A stretch of DNA of 14,148 nucleotides, from the NCBI GenBank assembly GCA_040260805.1, contig JBDQPD010000092.1, forward strand, positions 1 through 14,148, in the 5' to 3' direction. How positions within the stretch are numbered: the first letter of the stretch is position 1; each line of letters begins with the position of its first letter. Below are positions 7,216 through 12,446 of the stretch, in pieces. The notes beneath the pieces were generated by a model, which saw only the letters and a program-made list of their open reading frames with translations, had not been told where the DNA came from and made no database searches. The position numbers were made by a program, and so were the translations under genes. Origin of the DNA: Myxococcota bacterium. GTDB lineage: Bacteria > Myxococcota > UBA4151.

Positions 7216-8896
7216 AGTTGATCCTCGGGTCGACCAATGCATAGGTGAGGTCGGAAACCAAGATGCCGAACATGGTCAGGACCGCCGACATCAGCGCAAT
7301 CGCCATCACGACCGAGTAATCGCGGTTGAGGATCGCATCGAAGCCGACCATGCCCAACCCGGGAATGGTGAAGATGGTTTCGATGATGACTGCGCCACCG
7401 ACCAAAGCGGGAAGCGTCGCACCGAGCAAGGTGACGATCGGGATCAGGGCGTTGCGCACCGCATGCTTCCAGACCACCACCTTCTCCGGCAAACCCTTGG
7501 CTCGAGCCGTGCGGACAAAGTCTTGGCGGATGACCTCAAGCAGTGACGTGCGCTGGAATCGGCTGATCGCCGCAAAGCTTGCGTAGCTTAGGCAGGATAC
7601 CGGTAGGAGCAAGTGCCACACCCGATCGAGCCAGGGGACCAGCGCGCCTGAGGCGTCGCCTGAGGCGACAGGAAAGGCTGCGATACAGATCAGGGCTGCA
7701 CCGGCAGTGATCAAGCTGCGCAGCCAACCTTGAGGAGCCCAGCTCGCCGCCGCTGTGATGCCAGCAAAGACCAACACGCCGACGACTGCAAAGCCCGGCA
7801 TGCCGTCCACAAAGTGGAGTAGTGCGAGCGCCATCAGCGCACAAAGCGTCGTCAGGACCAGCCGGGTACGCCGCTCATCCGAGATGCCCATGATAATGGG
7901 CAGGGGAACAGCCATCGTCAGTCCGATGACTAAACTTCGTACCAGCTCGGTATCAAGAATTGCGGCTTCACCACCCAAACCTCGGATCGGAACCAGGTTC
8001 CACCAGTCCCCTCCGCCGAAGAAGAAGATGCCCAACAGCGCCACCCAGAAGGACGGCAAGGAGTACAGGATGAACAGGATGACGGTGCTCGAGCGGTCAA
8101 AGAACGAGTTTTGCTCAACAGCAGCCCGCACGCCAATGGGGATCGCTACAAGGTAGGCGATCAAAATCGACAAGATGCTGAGGATGAGCGTAGGCTTGAG
8201 CGCAGCTTTGATTTTCTCCGCAACCGGCCGCTGGTCCTTGGTCGAGATGCCAAAGTCACCCTGCAGCACGCTGCTGATCCACTCGACATAGCCGAGCACC
8301 AAAGGTTTGTCGCTGTAATGCCGGAGCCGGTACTTGCCAGCCTTAGCGTCCTCGCTCGTCGCCTGCAGCGCTTCGCCGCCGCCGCCGATCAGGGGGAATG
8401 CTTTGTTGCCTTTGACGTCTTCGACATCAAATCCAATCGCCCCTGGCTTGCCCTGCATCGCCTCGTCGACATCAGCGACCGGTGTGCAATCGATCACCTC
8501 GTCACCCGTCAGCTTGAGGTCAGCGCCCACGTTTTTCCACAAGCCGTCCTCGTCGACGTTGGCGTAGAAGCACTCCGTCTGCGCATCAGGGCCGCCCAGA
8601 CTCTTCCAGTCCTTAACACCGTTGAGCAGATCAGCCAGCTGGGGCTGAGTTAGCCCTTTGACCGGGTTGTCATTTGCCACTCGCATTTTGACGGGGCGCA
8701 CATAGGCGAGTCCATAAAGGACACGCATTTGATTAATGGCTTCACGGCTAGAGCTTCCTTGCTCCATGCCTTCGGCGCCCATGGCGCTTTGGACCGGATC
8801 ACCCGGCGCCAGGCGCGCCACGCCATAGGTGATCATCGTGATCCCTATGAGGGTGGGAAGCATGAGAATGATGCGTTTGAGCGCGTAGGTCAGCAT
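7205..8896 (-). CDS. Peptide/nickel ABC transporter permease, OppB/DppB-like, with two large insertions (563 aa)
   Basis: N-terminal Y.LKR....PTL.GIT...APGDP, GDFGIS, YSLPSFW, HLLLP, EAA loop QDFVRTARAKGL, KHAVRNALIP, IIETIF.IPGLG, RDY and D..YALVDPRI. About 240 aa longer than the usual ~320-aa OppB/DppB. Confidence 0.93.
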   Translation of the reverse strand: MLTYALKRIILMLPTLIGITMITYGVARLAPGDPVQSAMGAEGMEQGSSSREAINQMRVLYGLAYVRPVKMRVANDNPVKGLTQPQLADLLNGVKDWKSLGGPDAQTECFYANVDEDGLWKNVGADLKLTGDEVIDCTPVADVDEAMQGKPGAIGFDVEDVKGNKAFPLIGGGGEALQATSEDAKAGKYRLRHYSDKPLVLGYVEWISSVLQGDFGISTKDQRPVAEKIKAALKPTLILSILSILIAYLVAIPIGVRAAVEQNSFFDRSSTVILFILYSLPSFWVALLGIFFFGGGDWWNLVPIRGLGGEAAILDTELVRSLVIGLTMAVPLPIIMGISDERRTRLVLTTLCALMALALLHFVDGMPGFAVVGVLVFAGITAAASWAPQGWLRSLITAGAALICIAAFPVASGDASGALVPWLDRVWHLLLPVSCLSYASFAAISRFQRTSLLEVIRQDFVRTARAKGLPEKVVVWKHAVRNALIPIVTLLGATLPALVGGAVIIETIFTIPGLGMVGFDAILNRDYSVVMAIALMSAVLTMFGILVSDLTYALVDPRINYDD

Positions 8897-8902
8897 AGGG
8901 TA

Positions 8903-10669
8903 CTACTTACCGCTAACTCGTTTGCGCTCATCTTGATCAATCCACCAACCGCGAGGATCGCTAACCGTCATGATCGGCAGCGGTTGGAAGTTCTTGAGAT
9001 ACTTACGGTACACGACGATCGCAGCGGGTCGAGAGATGAAGACGTAGGGCTGCTCATCATAAACGATCTGATGAACTTCTTGGCACAGCTCGTCACGTTT
9101 CCCTTGGTCCATGGTGCCTCGAATGGTTTCCACCAGCTCATCCATGCGCTTGTTGTTTAGACCGTGGTAATTCGAACCGGTCTTGGCTTCTGACGAGTGC
9201 CAAAGACCATAGGGGTCCGTGACGTAGCCTAAGCGCCAACCCAGCGTCGCAAAGTCAAAGTCATGATCGTTGAGCGTCTTCAAGAAGGTCGCCCACTCGG
9301 TCGTGGTGATCTTCATGTCAATACCGATACGGCTGAGATCTTTTTTGAAGATCGTCGCCACCTGATTACCGGCTTTGCTGCCCGACGGAAGACTCATGGT
9401 GAAGGTAAAGAGCTTACCCTCTGCGTTGGCGAGTTTACCCTGCGCGTTGCGCGTCCAACCAGCTTCCTTGAGCAGCTCGCTCGCCTTCTTTAAGTCAAAG
9501 CCACGTGGCTTCAGCGACTGATTGTAGGATCCCGACTCGGGCAGGAAAGGACCGGTGATACGCTTGTACACGCCACGATACACCTGGTCGATGATCTCGT
9601 CTCGGTTGAGCGCATAAGCCAGCGCTTCTCGAACGCGCTTGTCCTTCAAGAAGGGGCGTCGGCCGTTCCACACACCGTACGAGTAACTCGGCAACGCATA
9701 GCGGCTGATGCCGATGCTCGGGTCGGCACGAAAGCTGTCTTCATTTGCGGCGAACTGATCGGGGGTCAGACCGACATAGTCCAAATCGCCACGCTTGAAC
9801 GCCTGGAGCTGAACCTCACGCTCTTTGATCACGATGTACTTGAGCACATCGATCGAGGGTTTGGGATAAACGAAGGGGGGATCTTGAAGGTCTTTACCCC
9901 AGTAGTCCGGGTTGCGCTTGAGCTCGATGTAGTCACCGGTCTTCCAAGCGCCGAACATGTAAGAGCCAGTACCTACCGGAGCCCGGTGAAACGGGTGGCT
10001 GTTAAAGTCCGTCTTGTCCTTCGCAAACACATGCTGGGGCATAATCGGCAGGGCATCCATTACACCCACTGCATTGAAGAAGACTTTCTTCCACGTGACC
10101 TTGATGGTGTACTGGTCGATCTTCTCGAGTTTCTCAGCGTCCTTAAAGTCCGTGCGGACTTTACTGGTGGTGTAGGAGGGGTTCTGCAGCGCTTCCCAAG
10201 AGAAGATCACGTCATCCGCATCAAAGGATTCGCCGTCATGCCAACGAGCGTTCTTTCGCAGGAAGAAGGTCACGACCTTTTTGTCATCGCTGACCTCCCA
10301 GCGTTCCGCCAGGACACCGTACAGCTTCATGGAGCGAGGGTCCCAGTCGACCAAGGCTTCGAGCATGCGTCGGCCCATGAGCACTGAGTACCAGTCGCGC
10401 ACATCGAGGATGTCGTTGAGCGTGTTGGGCTCGGTCACCGCCATGCGCAGGGTGCCACCCACTTGTGCCGGTTCGGATGAGGTGGTCGCAGTACTGCCAC
10501 CGCTAAGACCCATCCGCTCCACGCGGCTTTCCAGTTGTTCCAGGCGTTTTTTGAGTTTGGACACTTGCTCGCTGTCCGCAGCATTTCCCGCTCCGGTGGC
10601 TGCTTGGCCGCCTTGAACGATGCACGATGAAGTAGCGCTGAGCGCCAACGACAGGAGGATGAAGCGCAT
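8903..10669 (-). CDS. Peptide ABC transporter substrate-binding protein (family 5, OppA/AppA-like), probable lipoprotein
   Basis: GGTLR, LAERWEVS.D...TFFLRK.A.WHDG..F.ADDV.FS, PVGTG.Y, W..G..I.L.RNPDYW, D.RVREAL.YA.NR and A.ELL.EAGW. Start re-called to the ATG at 10669 (GGAGAGGA upstream), giving MRFILLSLALSATSS-C (imperfect lipobox). Confidence 0.93.
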   Translation of the reverse strand: MRFILLSLALSATSSCIVQGGQAATGAGNAADSEQVSKLKKRLEQLESRVERMGLSGGSTATTSSEPAQVGGTLRMAVTEPNTLNDILDVRDWYSVLMGRRMLEALVDWDPRSMKLYGVLAERWEVSDDKKVVTFFLRKNARWHDGESFDADDVIFSWEALQNPSYTTSKVRTDFKDAEKLEKIDQYTIKVTWKKVFFNAVGVMDALPIMPQHVFAKDKTDFNSHPFHRAPVGTGSYMFGAWKTGDYIELKRNPDYWGKDLQDPPFVYPKPSIDVLKYIVIKEREVQLQAFKRGDLDYVGLTPDQFAANEDSFRADPSIGISRYALPSYSYGVWNGRRPFLKDKRVREALAYALNRDEIIDQVYRGVYKRITGPFLPESGSYNQSLKPRGFDLKKASELLKEAGWTRNAQGKLANAEGKLFTFTMSLPSGSKAGNQVATIFKKDLSRIGIDMKITTTEWATFLKTLNDHDFDFATLGWRLGYVTDPYGLWHSSEAKTGSNYHGLNNKRMDELVETIRGTMDQGKRDELCQEVHQIVYDEQPYVFISRPAAIVVYRKYLKNFQPLPIMTVSDPRGWWIDQDERKRVSGK

Positions 10670-10693
10670 AAGGTTCCTCTCCAAAGGAGCCGC

Positions 10694-10722
10694 CTGTTAA
10701 GGTTCGCGCGAATCCCTGTCAA
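10694..10722 (-). promoter_or_regulatory. Candidate sigma70-type promoter of the ABC operon (TTGACA-17 nt-TAACAG)
   Basis: Perfect -35 TTGACA (tgtcaa at 10717-10722), a 17-nt spacer and a weak -10 TAACAG (10699-10694), about 25 nt before the ATG at 10669. The spacer contains the perfect palindrome TTCGCGCGAA. Confidence 0.5.
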
Positions 10723-10795
10723 CGATCATCGAGCCAATCGACCCTTGGAGTTGGATTGGGCAGCGACCGAAATAAGTGGGCTGCTCGCCCGTCGA

Positions 10796-10823
10796 TTGAG
10801 TTGACCCTCACTGAAAATAACAT
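10796..10823 (+). promoter_or_regulatory. Candidate sigma70-type promoter (TTGAGT-16 nt-TAACAT)
   Basis: TTGAGT at 10796-10801 and TAACAT at 10818-10823, 12 nt before the ATG at 10836. No SD is visible, which implies a very short leader. Confidence 0.35.
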
Positions 10824-10835
10824 CATGTCTCGACG

Positions 10836-12266
10836 ATGAAGCAGCAGAATGATCGCGCAGGCGCTTTAGAAGAAGTCCTCGTCCAAGTGCTCCGAGCGGG
10901 CCGTGGCCTGTCCAAGCGTACGTGGGCTTTGACCGTTTTGTACTTCGTGCTTGCTGCGACGCTTGTGGGCTTGACCGCTTATCTTGGCTTGCGTGGTAGG
11001 CCAGCCTTGATCGAGGCCCTCAACACCTACCTCTTTCCGGAGGCATGGCACGCCTTCTCCAGCCGTCTTGTCGGGTTGATCCTCGAGCGCGTGCCGCCGA
11101 CACTCTGGATCAACGGGGTCGTGCTGGTTGGATTACAGCTCGCTGCGTTGACCCTGTTCCCACTCAAGGAGCGCATCTCGCTGCGCCTGGAGCGTGAACA
11201 GGATCTGGTGGGCTTTACCCCGGACGAGTTCCCGATCGTGCGTCAGGGAATCGAAGAACTTAAACTGCTTTTGGTGAACCTGGCTCTGGGCGGCTTAATC
11301 CTGTGGCTTGGTTACTCCACAAGCCCCTGGCGCCGGGATGTGGCGTCGCTGCTTAGCCATCTGCACCTCGCCTCCTTCTTCGCAGTGGACTTTATGGCGC
11401 CACTTGCTCAGAGGCACCGGGTCCCCGTGGAGCGGATCCTGCTGACCTTCTTGAAGCGACCCGTTCGTCCCTTGCTTTTTGGCATCGTGATGACCGCTCC
11501 AGCGAGTTTGGTCACTCAGGCTGGAGGCGATAATCTGCTGGCGATGATCGCCTTCGTCTTTGCGGCGAACGGCTTGCCGATGGCTTGGGGTATCTTGGCC
11601 GGTACTCGCCTCATGAGCGCCCAGCTTGAAACAGCTCAAAACTATCCAAGGCCTCGACCTTTTCGGTTAGCCGTTGCGATGGGTGTATGCTTGGCTATTG
11701 TGACCGGTCAAGGGGTCGTTCTAGGCGCCTTAGCTTCGAGTTTGCATGCTAAGTCGCAGGTTCTAAAGTGCGAGTATAGTTTGCCGTTAGATGGCTTCAA
11801 ACTTGAGACTCCGAATTGGCTGAGTTTGGTCTCGGGCAGCATCGACTTGAAGGGTCATCTGACGCTCGCCGTGGACAACCCAACACCTTACGACCTTGAG
11901 GTGGAGAAGAACCGGCTCGAAGTTCGAGTCCGTGGGGAGCGTTGGTGGCAGGGACGGGTACCGGAATTGCGTGCGCCTGCTGGCGAGTCGACTCGCGTCG
12001 AGATTCCCTTTGCGGTGAACGTGGGCGCCACTCAACTGGTCAGTGGAGCGACAAAAGGTTGGCAGCAGGCCAAGCAGCTTTGGGGGCGAGTAAGCGGCGC
12101 CCTCAAGCGCATAGACTCTCCCTCCGCCGTCATCGATCAACCCGAGCGAGCCATCGCCGCTACTCAGCTGCGTTTCGAGGCAGCCCGCCAGGAGCTTTCA
12201 GTTACGCTTTTCATCGAGATTTTACCCGGTTTTGAGTTCCCAATCTATCTGTTGAGTCCTCCATAG
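10836..12266 (+). CDS. Multi-pass membrane protein: EI24/CysZ-like region fused to a C-terminal LEA_2/WHy-like beta domain
   Basis: About 6-7 hydrophobic segments with CysZ/EI24-like spacing (LFPLKERISLRLE, RQGIEELK, FAVDFMAPLAQRH, LLFG), then LTLAVDNPTPYDLEV...LEVRVRG...G....LRAPAGESTRVEIPF, the typical LEA_2 pattern. Confidence 0.65.
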   Translation: MKQQNDRAGALEEVLVQVLRAGRGLSKRTWALTVLYFVLAATLVGLTAYLGLRGRPALIEALNTYLFPEAWHAFSSRLVGLILERVPPTLWINGVVLVGLQLAALTLFPLKERISLRLEREQDLVGFTPDEFPIVRQGIEELKLLLVNLALGGLILWLGYSTSPWRRDVASLLSHLHLASFFAVDFMAPLAQRHRVPVERILLTFLKRPVRPLLFGIVMTAPASLVTQAGGDNLLAMIAFVFAANGLPMAWGILAGTRLMSAQLETAQNYPRPRPFRLAVAMGVCLAIVTGQGVVLGALASSLHAKSQVLKCEYSLPLDGFKLETPNWLSLVSGSIDLKGHLTLAVDNPTPYDLEVEKNRLEVRVRGERWWQGRVPELRAPAGESTRVEIPFAVNVGATQLVSGATKGWQQAKQLWGRVSGALKRIDSPSAVIDQPERAIAATQLRFEAARQELSVTLFIEILPGFEFPIYLLSPP

Positions 12267-12446
12267 GGCGACCCGAACGATTAAGGGTTTATGTGGCGCT
12301 ATTGTGGGGCTTGGCACCCACTGGGTTTGGGCAGAAACCCGGCGGTCGGCGCATGTGCTGGCACTGGACGAGTCCTGATTTGAGCCGCAGAGCGTGAAGC
12401 CACAACCAAGCTATCTTGTCGCATAGGTTGCCCCTAAGGGGGCAGG

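Noticed and set aside
8312..8707. OppB insert as an intein or mobile element
   Set aside because: There is no N-terminal Cys/Ser with a C-terminal His-Asn, no endonuclease motifs and no terminal repeats. The sequence resembles a PstS-like lobe instead.
10825..10839. Mini-ORF ATGTCTCGACGATGA (MSRR*) overlapping the 10836 start
   Set aside because: It is too short to support, has no SD, and would start upstream of the predicted transcription start.
44..12235. Numerous 60-180 aa alternative-frame and antisense ORFs inside the main genes (e.g. 8111-8653, 9884-10387, 1498-1893)
   Set aside because: They are fully nested in well-supported genes, have no recognisable motifs, and are expected in GC-rich DNA.
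12311..12375. Two TGGCAC hexamers as possible sigma54 -24 boxes
   Set aside because: Both read GG-N10-GT rather than GG-N10-GC, so there is no -12 TTGC element.
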